Shown here one piece after another: positions 50,918 to 62,873 of a stretch of DNA of 64,000 bases. The notes beneath the pieces were generated by a model. It was not told the origin of the DNA and did not search any database. It worked only from the letters and a program-made list of their open reading frames with translations. A program made the position numbers and the translations under genes. The number at the start of each line of letters is the position of its first letter. Within the stretch, counting starts at the first letter, position 1. This DNA is from Pavona decussata (lineage: Eukaryota): NCBI GenBank assembly GCA_977016875.1, contig CDRNST010000047.1, positions 1,302,001-1,366,000 on the forward strand, in the 5' to 3' direction.

Positions 50918-53900
50918 GTCTGAAAATATGCAAACAGAAAATGACGTATTTTGACCTGAAATAGGAACCAAGCCTCACACCCCGACCAAAATAATAACAA
51001 CGTTTACCTCCAGGGGCCCAGCACCTCGAAAAGCAGCCTCCGGGAAGCTAAATGTTGTGCATCATAAAGATGCTTTGAAAATTGGTCGTCCCAGCCACGT
51101 GCATTATGGTCTTAATTTCGTCTATGAAAACTAACTGGACAATCATCAAATGGTCATTTAAAATTAAAACTATGCGATCACTCGGTCCTCCGTGGTTTTC
51201 AGTCTCATGCAGTTCGATGTAATGTCTTTCATTTCCGTTGGCACAGGGTAATGAAGAAATATTTTAGCCTGAAACAAAGCCGGTGTTGGTGAGATGCCGT
51301 TTACTCACAGCATGATAGACCCTCGATGGATGGCGTTTTGCGCTTTGGTTCACCAAAATGTGGATTGAAGCACATTTTGATCACCACAGCTAATCGTCCT
51401 TGTTACACATTTTATGGACAGAGAAAATTCCTAGCTGCTTCATGAGCGAAGAAACATTTTCCGACACCTAAAAATATTTTAAAAACACCAGGCAAAAGCA
51501 AGCATGCTTACACAGCAGGCAGAACATTAACAGTTGGTTTTCACACCCTCTCCTTGGGGAAGCGGAAAATCAGATTAACACATTCAACCTTTTCAATATT
51601 TAAAAACGTTAAGGCGATAATGAACACTTAGGGAGTTCCCTTGAGCCCTTGATCGGCTTTGACAGTTTCTTGTCATACGTTCTATTCATAACAAAATTTT
51701 ACAAGAAGTCCGCCAATAACATTTAACAACAAAATAGGCCTTTTTTTTTTCTTCACAATTGCAGATTTTGTATTTTGGTTTAGCTGTACTAAAACTTGAA
51801 CACAAGCTCGATCGAATCCACGTCCTTCTCTTATCACAAAGACTACGCAATCATTGTTTTGTCGTATCAAAGTCAGTGTAGAAACTAACAACCAAACCTC
51901 AAGTCGCGTGAAATGTTTATGTGGATGTAATCGATCGTAGAGTGCGAAAATTTCAATCAGAAAGACACCAAGTCTTGCTTCCGCAGTACTGTACATTGTC
52001 ATGTGCTTGTCCCCTGGATATTGCAAGGTTGTTCCAAGTGTGTGGATGAAATCTGTAAACTGTGACCATTCAATCAAAAATTATTTAAAATTAAAGCAAA
52101 AACGTTTTCGTTGGAGCAGTTTTATACCACCTCGTTCAAGATTGTTCTTACTTTTAAGTTTCAAATAACCGCCGTTTAGGAGCATTCTCCTGTGGATTGT
52201 ACGCTGTCTGCTTCTTAACTTTTTCCCGCAAACGTTCGAATTGGTGTCTTTTGTACAGAAATAAAAGGTTTTATAGACCTAAAGAGTACCGTGGATGCAA
52301 TTATTCTACCGCCGTTACGTTTTGTGTACACTGCTATAATTATTGTAATTACTCACTACGCAGGAGGTCTCCGGCAAAAGGTGAGAAAACGTGATTGGGA
52401 GTTATTTCTATCAGTTTTCCAACTTTTTTTCCCTACAGAGCCTGATGAATTTATATATTTTTGTACATTTCGAGAGGCAAATGACAATTTGATGACTAGA
52501 TACAAAAACGAAACCGCTTATTTGAAGCACCACAAGCGTAGATTAGCAAATAGCGGATTTAATACCATTATGAGGGATTACAGCATAAGCTTTAAATGTT
52601 TTGAAGAGCGAGTAATGGTTTCCAAAAAGTTTTCTTTTCAACTTCAATTATGTACTTCTGTGGGGGATCTAATGTCGGTGGCTTTTCATTTCGTAACAAA
52701 AGGAACAGTTTAAATAGAATAGTAGTCAGTTATATGAAGAGAAACGGAAACGAGGATAACTTTAACTCGCTCTGCTGCGCTTCTTAAAGCGTCCGATATT
52801 CACCTTCTTGGAAGCACTGTGTCTATGGAATAAAGCATTTTTTAGATCAAAAGCTTAAATATCATGGATCTTATTTCTGATAGAAAAACAAGCACAATGG
52901 CTTTCAAAATCCGTTGATAACTAAGCCATGCAAAAGTGTGATTTACACGGATCAGTAATAGCTTCCACACAAAAAGATCGCGCTAATTGGTTACTACCAC
53001 AATAACTACCTTTAGGTGGGGTATGGTCCTTTCTAATTAAATTACCATCAATCACAGCGACAGGTTTCGCTTATCGGCATTTCAGTGAAACAAAAACCGA
53101 CACTCACAGATGGGAGATTTGGACTATCAATCAAAAAAGGCTGAACCCAAATGAGAAGCTAACCGCGCGAGAAGTCTTTTTTTTACGGACGTAAGAGAAG
53201 TTCAGCTTGAAGTTGCGTTCAATCCATAGACACGAAGGAGTTTCAAAAGGTATCGTCTCTTTGAGTGCCTGTTCTTTGTCAATGATTGGTGGTAGAATTA
53301 GGAACTCAGTTCAGTTTTGTACCTCGTAAAATTTTCTTTTCTCTCGTCCTAAAAATGTTGCATGAAGCTGTTGCAGCTTCTGACTTGCTAGTTATAGTTC
53401 AGTCCATTACAATTGCATATAGAGTACACTGAATGATAAATCATAGATTGCATGATTCCTTAAGTTTTGAATTGGAGTTGGCGAGAAATACACCGCTCCA
53501 GGTCCACTGCAAAAAAGTGGTTATATTGTTTGCTGGCTGATAGAAGCTAATATCGCACAACGTCAAGGCTAATATCTTGTTTATGTAAACCTATCACCTA
53601 AAACAATGTAATAATTCGCGAATTCTGAAAGGGTAGGCTAATGAAATGTTAGCATGTGGCCCACTTAGAGAATTGTATACAAAATAATCGCATTAAAATA
53701 CCGATGAGCAGGATCGCCAGGTTTCGACACCTCTGCTCCCCTGTACCACATACACTTGCAGTTATAATTCGAATGAGAACAGACGACAAATGGAATGGTC
53801 ATTAAGATTTTAACATTTTTGGTATGAAACAAAATGCCACTACTTTGATCTCGTAATTAAAATATTTTACAGTTGCCTGTTTAAAGGTATAACAAATTAA

Positions 53901-53975
53901 GAAATTGCCTACGGGTAGCAGCAGGCAAAAGGAAATTTCGGATTTCTCGCCAGGTGTGGAAATTATCCCAGCAGG

Positions 53976-53983
53976 TATTTAAA
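53976..53983 (+). promoter_or_regulatory. Candidate TATA (TATTTAAA) of Dmbx E
   Basis: About 220 bp upstream of the ATG; a possible 71-bp 5'UTR intron (gtgagt 54066 ... ctacag 54136) lies between. Motif match only. Confidence 0.25.
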
Positions 53984-54198
53984 CACCCCTGAGTAGTGTG
54001 TGACAATTGCCAGACAACGTTACACTTTACAAGTTGAATGGTATACATCTCACCGACATATCCATGTGAGTTTGATAGAGAAGTCAAGGCATATTGATCA
54101 GTCGGTGTTTCACTCCAGGCTTATCTTATTCTACAGTGCTACAGCTACGCTCTTGACAGAAAGTTCGTTCATCGACGCTAACCTGCGAGCGTTACGTG

Positions 54199-54325
54199 AT
54201 GGATTTCGCATCATCGTTCTCAATCGACAATATATTAAGAAATAATCCATCTTCCCGGAATACTAGCCAGGTGTTTAATGAACAGAATGGAGCTCGCGCT
54301 CTCACATTAGCGGAGCGCTTAGCAG
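54199..54325 (+). CDS. Dmbx: Dmbx paralogue E exon 1 (eh1 FSIDNIL plus ALTLAERLA)
   Basis: 42 codons + 1 nt; G|gtatgt donor; upstream in-frame TGA. Confidence 0.92.
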
Positions 54326-57300
54326 GTATGTGATATTTGTTGTAAATTTCTACTGTCATTCTTAGAACAATAATCAATTTGTAGTCTTTTCGTTTACCGC
54401 TGCCGCAATAAATTCAGCATGGAAATTAGCATCTGTAAATCAATAAGTAAGACTGGGTAACATCGCAATTGCTTCTAATCACAGGCAAAGATAGTCTGTG
54501 GTCAATGCCAGGTCAATGACCTCTGTTAAATGGAATTTGAAGGCATAGGCTTTGCTGTAGTCCTGATTCCAGAGTTTGCGTCGTTTAAACTAACAAAATA
54601 CGTTTTTATCTGTTTGTTTGACTCGTTAATGGGCTTAATGATCGTTGCGAAATCGCCATTGAAGACATTGAAACATGGCATCAGGCATTCGACAGTCATT
54701 TAGTTTTCATTTGAGACCATCAAAGTAGCGAATAAGATTTTTTTTTCTCTAAAACGTCGACGATTGAGTTTATGTCGCTTCACTATTAAACTAACATTTA
54801 GTCATACTTTGTTCTATTCTTCTGTTCGTCCCATCTTCTGCATCTTGACCGTACGGGTCTCTTAAAAGCCGACAGACAACTCCTACCGGATTCCGTTCGT
54901 TTGGTACCACATACTGTACATAAGTGTTTTAATAATCCGTTGGCTGTGTTCATTTTACCCCCAGTATTTATTTAAGCTCCAAAACGCTTTTATTATACTG
55001 AACAATGAGCCAGTCACTGAGTTCCTGAAGGAAAGGACTGAGTTCTACATCGTCCAGTCTGCTGTTTTCTTTGGCATTTGAAAATATTTAGTCATTTATT
55101 AATGAACCTTTTAAAAGGTAAAACGTTACTAAAATGATCTTTAGCACTGTGGGGCCTCTCTTCACGTTAGAATGTAATAATTATCTATTATTTTCCACCA
55201 TTAAATATTCACCAGCTATTTAAGATACCCCTGAAATCACTTGCTTCCCATTCCATGGCATAAAAGATACAGGCAAGTAAACTGTATCCCAGTTTGTCAC
55301 TGCTACCGCAAGAGTCCGCCAGCCAGACGTTCGGTTAGGTCAGGTTTATTTTCAAGTGAATAGTTTTCTCTATTTTTTTTCCCTTTCCGAAGCCGAATAC
55401 AAGCTACAACTGACTCGATTGAATTGTTTAGAGGGGTGGCCGGGGCCTATTGACGGTAGACAGGTCAGTCTAGCATGGGGACTGTTCACCTGGAACAAAC
55501 ATTTACTCTATTTTCTTGAATATTAGCGTTGTGAGCAGAATCAGTGTTCTCCAAATTGACTTATATAGCAATATTGTGGCTAGTCTGGTCGATGAAGAAA
55601 AGTTGGAGCCTTACAGTTTCTTGAGTATCAGTGAAATGTGGCAATTTTTTCTTTTTAAATTAAGAACCTATATAAGGAAAATGCTTAATTTTTTTGAAGT
55701 TGCGAGCCTGTCATTTTTTCCCTCTTACACCAGGCCAACAAATTTCAGTGGAACTGAAGCAAAAGTGGCTAAAAAAACCGTTTGTACTAAATTTTGTCCC
55801 ACACATTACCGAAAATGGATAAACAAATTGGTTAACATTTAATCCCGGATTAGCATTAATTGGCTCTCGAACAAAAGGTCTCCGGATACTACACTGTTAT
55901 TAGACAAAGTAAATGAGCCGAATTCAGTTCGAAGAGTATGAAATGAACACAATAACTTTGCTAACTTATACTGTTATTTTGGTTCAAATCCAATTTTCAA
56001 ATTTTGTGATACTCACAACATAATCACTGAATTCGCTGTTCATATGGCCCCATCCTATGATATGCTTTTGCTGTCACATTATACAGCAATGGTACTGTGG
56101 CACGTCGCTAAATTTTACTCAACTGAACACTATAGTCCGTAATACTATATAGTGGCCATGTTTCAAAATCCACCTTCTCTCTCTTGCGTTCATCCATAGA
56201 AGAGGTTGTTGTGACAGTGATAACTTAATGACGATATGATAAAAGCCTGAGCATGCTCCTGGCATGCTTGTAAGGCAAAATAAGTAGTGAAGACGGTCTG
56301 TATCTGAAGTTTGCAAATACTGCCCTGTAGCGTATAGGTCGGTTCTGTGTAAGATTGCATCCATTGCACTGATTGTCCAGCTTTCGTTTGTGTCGATGTT
56401 AGTCGCTAAGAGCCAAAGAACGAAGTTTAAAGCGATTGCGCAGGGTGTGTTTAAATTGTGATAAAAGCTGCTTCCTTGTTCATTTCAATACCTGAAAACA
56501 TGAGCACAGCGCAGATGCGGCCAAGCGGGTCGCACACAAACCAGCTGAGCACTAGAGTACAGTGCTGCCTCGCCTATCAATCCAATGGATGCAAATGCAC
56601 ACAAAAGATAAAAGAACACATCTGTTTATTTTCTTAAATTTTCTGGGTTCCCTGTCTTACGTAAATCTTTTCAGGTCATAACATTAGCTGTTGAAAGCTT
56701 TTTTAAAAAGTAAATAAATAATAGCCATTTTTACGGTTAACTCCAAAAAGTCCTTCTAAGAGCATGGTATCCTTATGTTAAAGATATAATCCTAGAGGTT
56801 CACTATGGCGCCACGAGAGGAAAGCACCGTCGATCCCGCACAGCTTTTACCTATCAACAGCTTGAGCTGCTTGAGAATACCTTCACTAAAACGCATTACC
56901 CAGATGTTGTGATGAGAGAGCAGCTTGCAACTTGGACAAATCTTCCAGAATCAAGAATTCAGGTAACTAAATAAAATTTAAGTAGTTGAAAGGCGTTTGT
57001 AATATAGAGAAAATAAGTGCTCTAACCGGTTGGAAGTTGGATTAACCAGTTCTCTTCTCTTCCCAGTCTGCCCTTTCCTCCCATTCTCTTCTTTTCTCTT
57101 TTCAGCTCTTCTGCTCTGTTCTGTTGTGTTTCTATGACCTCTTCTCTTTTCCGTATCTGATCTTAACCTTAAGGCAATGTGAATTGAAAGGATACTCAAC
57201 CGATAGTAACAGAAATTAACACAAAAGTAAACGAAGGGTTGGAAATTCCAAATAAAGGAAACCAACGCGATTGAGAGGCACAGACATCATGATTGTTTCC

Positions 57301-58453
57301 GTGTAGACTTATATTTATTCTTTTTCCTCATGCACGTTTTTATTAGGGCAGAACCTAAAATGCCTACATCTATAGACAGAAGCTAAAATCATGGATGTTA
57401 ACATCCTTTTCAAAGTAGCGAAATAAAATGCTCGAATGGCATCACACGAAATTCTACAATTCGCCCTCCATTCATGAAGCGTTAAATTCCTTCCATAAGT
57501 TCCTCCCTGTGAGGGTATATATACCTAACAGTTTGATAGTTTCAGTGTAATACCAGCCTTTCTAGATAGAATTCATGGGCAAAAGTGTTTAATTCCTTTC
57601 AAAAACAAGATTCATTGATATTGTCATCTTTGGGTGTTTTCTGCGTGCTAGTTGAAAGCATAAATAAGTTTGGTAATGGCTTTAGAAAATAATACCAGAC
57701 GAGTGTAGACCACTCTCAAAGTAACATTATACCAAGATATTGGACGGATAAATAAAAATTTGTGATTAAACTTATATAGACAGGCCCACCAAGACTAGCA
57801 TTAGCTACCTGCGGGTCAGTCCAATTGTAAATAGTTAAAAATTAAGAAAATAAACATTGTTGTTGGATAAAAATCCGCTGCCATTTCACTTACAGGTTTG
57901 GTTCAAAAACAGAAGAGCCAAGTACAGGAAGCAAGAGAAAGTAACAAAATACACAAAGTCTGACAAGAGTGGCAACCGTGTTTATGACGCGGAAACCAAA
58001 GTTACTGTGAGCGACGCAACGCGGCAAAGTCCACTACCGGTTCCACCGAGTGTAAGCTTTGGGGAAGACAAGTCAGGAGCAGAAACAAGAGTGGTTTCAA
58101 CCCAACATGAACCAATACCAAACACTGAAGGGTTAACAAACAACAATGCCCAGGTGTTCTCTCATCACGGTCAACCCTACACTTTTGATCAGTATCCAAT
58201 CGCCACGCACGATACTCCATGGAATTGTTCTGATCTACCAAGGCACAACACTGGCTTACTTCCAACACTCGAAATGCCGGCGTTTGGCTGGTCTATCGGT
58301 GACAACGATACGTGCCATGTTGGAAACAAACTAACTTCGCGCTGTAGTGTGCGGAGACCAACATCTTCCAGTGTTGACCTGTGGCGATTACAATCTGGCT
58401 GGCAAAACAGCGGTTGTCAGTGGACAGATCAAGTGGGATGTAGACCGTACTGA
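54199..58453 (+). CDS. Dmbx: Dmbx-like homeobox protein, paralogue E; join(54199..54325,56784..56962,57896..58453), 287 aa
   Basis: [15 protein letters not shown]...[11 protein letters not shown]|[60 protein letters not shown]|[14 protein letters not shown]...[17 protein letters not shown]... By eye its homeodomain is the closest of the five to bilaterian DMBX1. Confidence 0.95.
56784..56962 (+). CDS. Dmbx: Dmbx paralogue E exon 2 (179 bp)
   Basis: ttaaag|ATATAATCCTAGAG ... ATTCAG|gtaact; AAG acceptor. Confidence 0.92.
57896..58453 (+). CDS. Dmbx: Dmbx paralogue E exon 3
   Basis: ttacag|GTTTGGTTCAAAAAC; in frame with track ORF 57857..58453. Confidence 0.93.
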   Translation, partial: VWFKNRRAKYRKQEKVTKYTKSDKSGNRVYDAETKVTVSDATRQSPLPVPPSVSFGEDKSGAETRVVSTQHEPIPNTEGLTNNNAQVFSHHGQPYTFDQYPIATHDTPWNCSDLPRHNTGLLPTLEMPAFGWSIGDNDTCHVGNKLTSRCSVRRPTSSSVDLWRLQSGWQNSGCQWTDQVGCRPY

Positions 58454-58596
58454 ACCAATTCAAATTCTTAGTAGAACAAAAATCAGCTCAAGATAAAAAA
58501 AATAAATAAATAAAAAACTAGAAAGACACCGTGAAGCAAACCAAACCAATGAAAAGCCCTGCTCCTGCAGTTCGTCCAGAGACTCGGAGGTTAAAA

Positions 58597-58732
58597 TAGC
58601 CCTTATTCGTATCTTCGGTATTGAGCTGAAGCTTGCACAGGAGGCTTAAGTAAACTTTGTTAATATATTCTCCCGTAAGAGCCACCATTACAAGCTAGAC
58701 CAAGTCAATACCGAGAATACGAATATAGTCTA
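58597..58732. mobile_element. Small TA-flanked MITE downstream of the Dmbx E stop
   Basis: TATTCGTATCTTCGGTATTGA / TCAATACCGAGAATACGAATA imperfect TIRs. Confidence 0.7.
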
Positions 58733-59669
58733 TTGCATCGGAAAAATCAGTTTCTTAGGAATGAAAGACCAGATACATCACTTTCCACTGGATTAAGAAA
58801 CGCCAGACTCTGTTTATGTAATGTTATTGTTATGTTCGAGCTTCTGATAGGCAATAATTATAAAGCCTGTCTATTTTGAATGAAAGCGCTGGAGTAGAAT
58901 TTCCTATGGTAGCTTGTAATTAACATTCCCACCTCGTAAGAAAACACAATTAAGTACGCGACTGTTGTTTCAAATTTGCCTAAACATTTTCATATGAGGT
59001 ATTCCTATTAAGTAGTTTTGTTTCCAGTCTTGGCTTTGTCTGCACTGACTAATTGCCTCATACTGTTGACATACGGAAACTGTATTTAGTTTTATTCTGC
59101 TTTGTCTTGTCAAATAAAATTAATGATATATTTTTTTAACCCTGTTGAATGAGGAAATAATAAGCAGAGAAGTTTCTAATTTGGCTGAGATCCAGTATTC
59201 TTTAACTAGTATTCAAAAGACGCACGCCGGAGGTAGTCAGGTATGGTTGTTTGCGCAGGCGCGGGGTCCACGCAAACCAATGTGTTAGCAGTCATTATTT
59301 CCCAAATCTTTCGGTTGGCGGTGGGAATGGCTATTATAATAAACCGGGAATAAATTCCACACGTTTTAATGCCGGAGAAAAACACACAAAGTTGAAATAA
59401 ACTCAGGCTGGTACTTTTTTTGCTGACGGATCTACACGCCCCGGACGCATTTAGGAGAAAATAAACCAACCAAACTGTAAGATTAATCCCCCCTTTGCAG
59501 TATTACTAGCCTTACAATAGGGCCCTGAAGGAATTACAAATGCCAGTATCCAGTTCAACTTTTGTCCCAAATCCCATGCCAGTGCCAAAATCGCAAAATA
59601 ATATCATGCCCTCCTTAAAAAATATAAGGCCCTCCTTAACAAAGAAAAGGACTTGATTATAGTACTATT

Positions 59670-60024
59670 TTAAAGGGGCAGTATCATGGGAGATCGATTG
59701 GAGATATCATAATTTTTGGCCAAAATTCACTTAATTGAAACTTTGAACACTGTTCTAAGACGAAAGGTTGATCCAAAATGTAGTACAACCGGCGATTTTT
59801 AGTGCGTTATAACAGCGAAATTTGAAAACGTCCGCCAGACGTTTTCAAATTTGAATCTTTCTCTATCTTGGTCATCTGCCGGCAAAAATATCCTTGGATA
59901 GTTTCTTTGCAATCTGATAGTCTTTTAATGGAATTTTGTGATTATATCTTGGCTGCTATCAAACGAATAGCGTTTTTCCGATTTTCGATGTGTTACTAAA
60001 AATAGCGTGATACTGTCCCTTTAA
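59670..60024. mobile_element. TTAA-flanked non-autonomous DNA transposon (Kolobok-like AGG...CCT ends)
   Basis: TTAA-AGGGGCAGTATCA ... TGATACTGTCCCT-TTAA. Confidence 0.75.
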
Positions 60025-62873
60025 CATGGATTGATCAGTTGATCAATAAAAACTGTTAACCTGTTGGACATTAAAAATTCCGACATTCTGTCTGTAAATA
60101 TTCTCACTCGGTCATCGAAGGCTGAGTTTCAAATCATTACGTCCTTTTCAACTTATTATCAAAGGTTCGTTTGTTTCATCATTGAAGAAAAACAACACGA
60201 TTTCAGCACAAAGCCCACAGTTGCAGAACAAATGAAGCGAAAATGCATTATGTAGAAATCAATCAATGTTATTCATCATGGGCTATGCCAGTTTCGGCCC
60301 AATTGTAACACATGGTATTGGGAGTGACGTTTTACTATGTTAAGTTGCGCGGTTCGGGCGTGCGCAATATGGATCAGTGGATTCGTGAATACGCCAACTA
60401 TGATCTTTAGTGATATGTTAGCAATGAAGAGACAATTTAGGATAACTTGTTAACATACACTCAGCCTTTCGTCTCTTCGTTTTCTTATTCATTTGTCCGT
60501 TCGTTCGTTCATCAAAAGTCTTCCATTAAATAATAATGGCAGTTTTTCGATAAAATGGAATCCCAGATGCTATATTTTGCTAAGCCTATTGAGGCATTTA
60601 AATATGGCGTCCAACTGTGGTGGACAGGAAGATGGGTTCCGTTGGAAAAACATGTGATACATCTCTAACGAATATTGTGAATCACCAGGACTCTGATAGC
60701 GAACAATACTCGAAGTTAAAAGAAGTTGAAGATAAAAAGGAGGGAAGGTAAATGGTTTATGTTCATGACGTAAAGAAGAGTGGTAAGCGATATATGTTTC
60801 TCGCGCAGCCTTAAAGTTTTGTCAAATCGGTTTCGAATCAACAACTCACATTGATGAAAGAATGACCTTAAGGAAAATCTACGGTCTATGTCCTGTGACT
60901 TATAACAGGTATTAAGAGGAAAGTTCCTGCTCCACCGATCCCTTGACCGTTACGTACTAACAAGACATTTCATTGGTTTCACCACCCCTTTACTTCCATA
61001 CATCAGCAGAGATTACCTATATCCATCCCTGTCATCTTTTAATTAGTGGTGAAAACAAGACATTTGGAAACAATTGTCGAGGCCAAAGACTAACGCGTTT
61101 ACAGTAAATTTTGAAACTTGTAAAGAAACCGTTTCTTTTTTTAACTATGCGACCTAGCCCTTAAAGAAGGGATTAATGGTTATCGAGCGAAAATAATTTT
61201 ATCTGAAAATTAATCCCACTATATCAGCAACCCGGGAAACCTCACACACAAAAAGGTGGTATCTTTTTTTGTTTGTTGATTTGTTTACCTGTTTAAAAGG
61301 ATCCGAATTTAATCCAAGCAGGAAATTTTCTCAGGAAAATGAAGACTTTTTTTCGCTTGGCCATCGTTCATTTTTTTCCTGATCCTCGGCTCCTAATTCA
61401 CAGCATGTTGCATTGAATTCCAGTGTGTAGTATAATCGATAAATTTCTCATATAGTTTTACATCTGTTCTTCCAACTGAATTACTCACCCACAAAATGGG
61501 TTCAGTCTCTTGAATGTAGGGTCCGCTCATTGTTAATTGGACGACCTCTTTATGGTCTGTTATAACAACTACTTACGTGAAAAGAATGATGGTAGAAAAA
61601 TAATGAGAATTCAACAACAATGGCGTTCTGTTACGTGAAATATGTATTTCTTTTTATTGAAACGTTTTATTTTTGATCCGTTTCTAATTAGCCGGTTCGT
61701 GTATACATAGGTCCTTTTCACACATGTGAAATTCGGAGATCGTCCTGAAGCAATGGTAACAGTTAACAGAAACACACTTGTACTCTGTCTTGGTTTTCTA
61801 ACGAAAAATCTGATGTACACATGTTTCGCCCTTGAAATACGTCAAAGTGTAAGAGGGTGTGGCTTGAAAGATCGACTCCCGACCTCTTTCTTCAACAAAA
61901 GTAAATTCATGTTATACTTTAGAAAGAAAACTGATCTGAACTCAAATTCCGTCATAGAGCCAAATTCTCCATAATTTCCCACGCAGTTATTTTTAAGCGA
62001 GTCGTATTACCTTCCTTTGCACAATGCAAGTAATACAACTCCAGTTCTTAAATTATAAAAACGACTGCGCGGGAGGCTAAAATCTCCGAACACGAATATC
62101 CAAATCATGTGTGATAAGCGTAAACAGAAAATGACACTAATTCAGGAAACTGTCATAGATGGCTGAGTAGCGATACAGCATGCAGTTGATAGGAATAAAG
62201 ATGGGATAACGAGACGACCGAGTCAAGCTAAGGTTATCCAGCTGCTGTAGAAAGCACAATGTTAAAAATCATCCATCGTTCATGTCATTTCCAGAGTGCG
62301 GTGCAAATGGTGCCAAAGTTGCCAATAATAAATCAAAAGGTCTCGCAGTCTTTTTTACCCTCTTCTCTCTTTTACATCACTTTGAACCTTCTCGGACCAT
62401 AAAACCCGTAATTCGGCGTCGCTTCACGAAAAGCGGTTAAGGGTTTCCTCAGCCATTGAAAATTCGGGTTGACGATGCACTAGTACATTGCAAAATCTGC
62501 ATACGATGTTAGTTAAGGTTACGACCGATTAACTTACAAAGTTCTGAAGATGTAGTATAAACCATAATTGAGCAATATAGCTATTGAATATTGATTTTAA
62601 AGTGATATGACTTTCATGAAACACGAGAGATAATCTACAACGTATTGGTCATACCATGAAGGTAGTTGTAATAAATGACCACAAAATAATTTATGAATCG
62701 TTTTTCAAGCTTATAATTCATTTCCAAAATCCGTCCGTTTGTTCATCGCGATTCGCACATCATAACATAGAACAAGTTGGTCTTTTGCTAATACAAACAA
62801 AAACGCGCTAAGCTGGAAAATGTGGAAAGTAACTCTGAACATCCCGTTACCGATGATACGTGTCAGCTAGATT

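Noticed and set aside
51682-52713. 131-aa and 140-aa ORFs between genes D and E
   Set aside because: Non-ATG starts, no recognisable domain, no supporting splice pattern.
55840-55852. TAATCC-C-GGATTA inverted K50 site pair in intron 1 of gene E
   Set aside because: Spacing is not P3, and the context looks like the end of a MITE relic.
60604-60740. Short ATG frame MASNCGGQEDGFRWKNM* with downstream EQYSKLKEV
   Set aside because: Possibly a decayed transposon accessory gene, but too short and broken to support.
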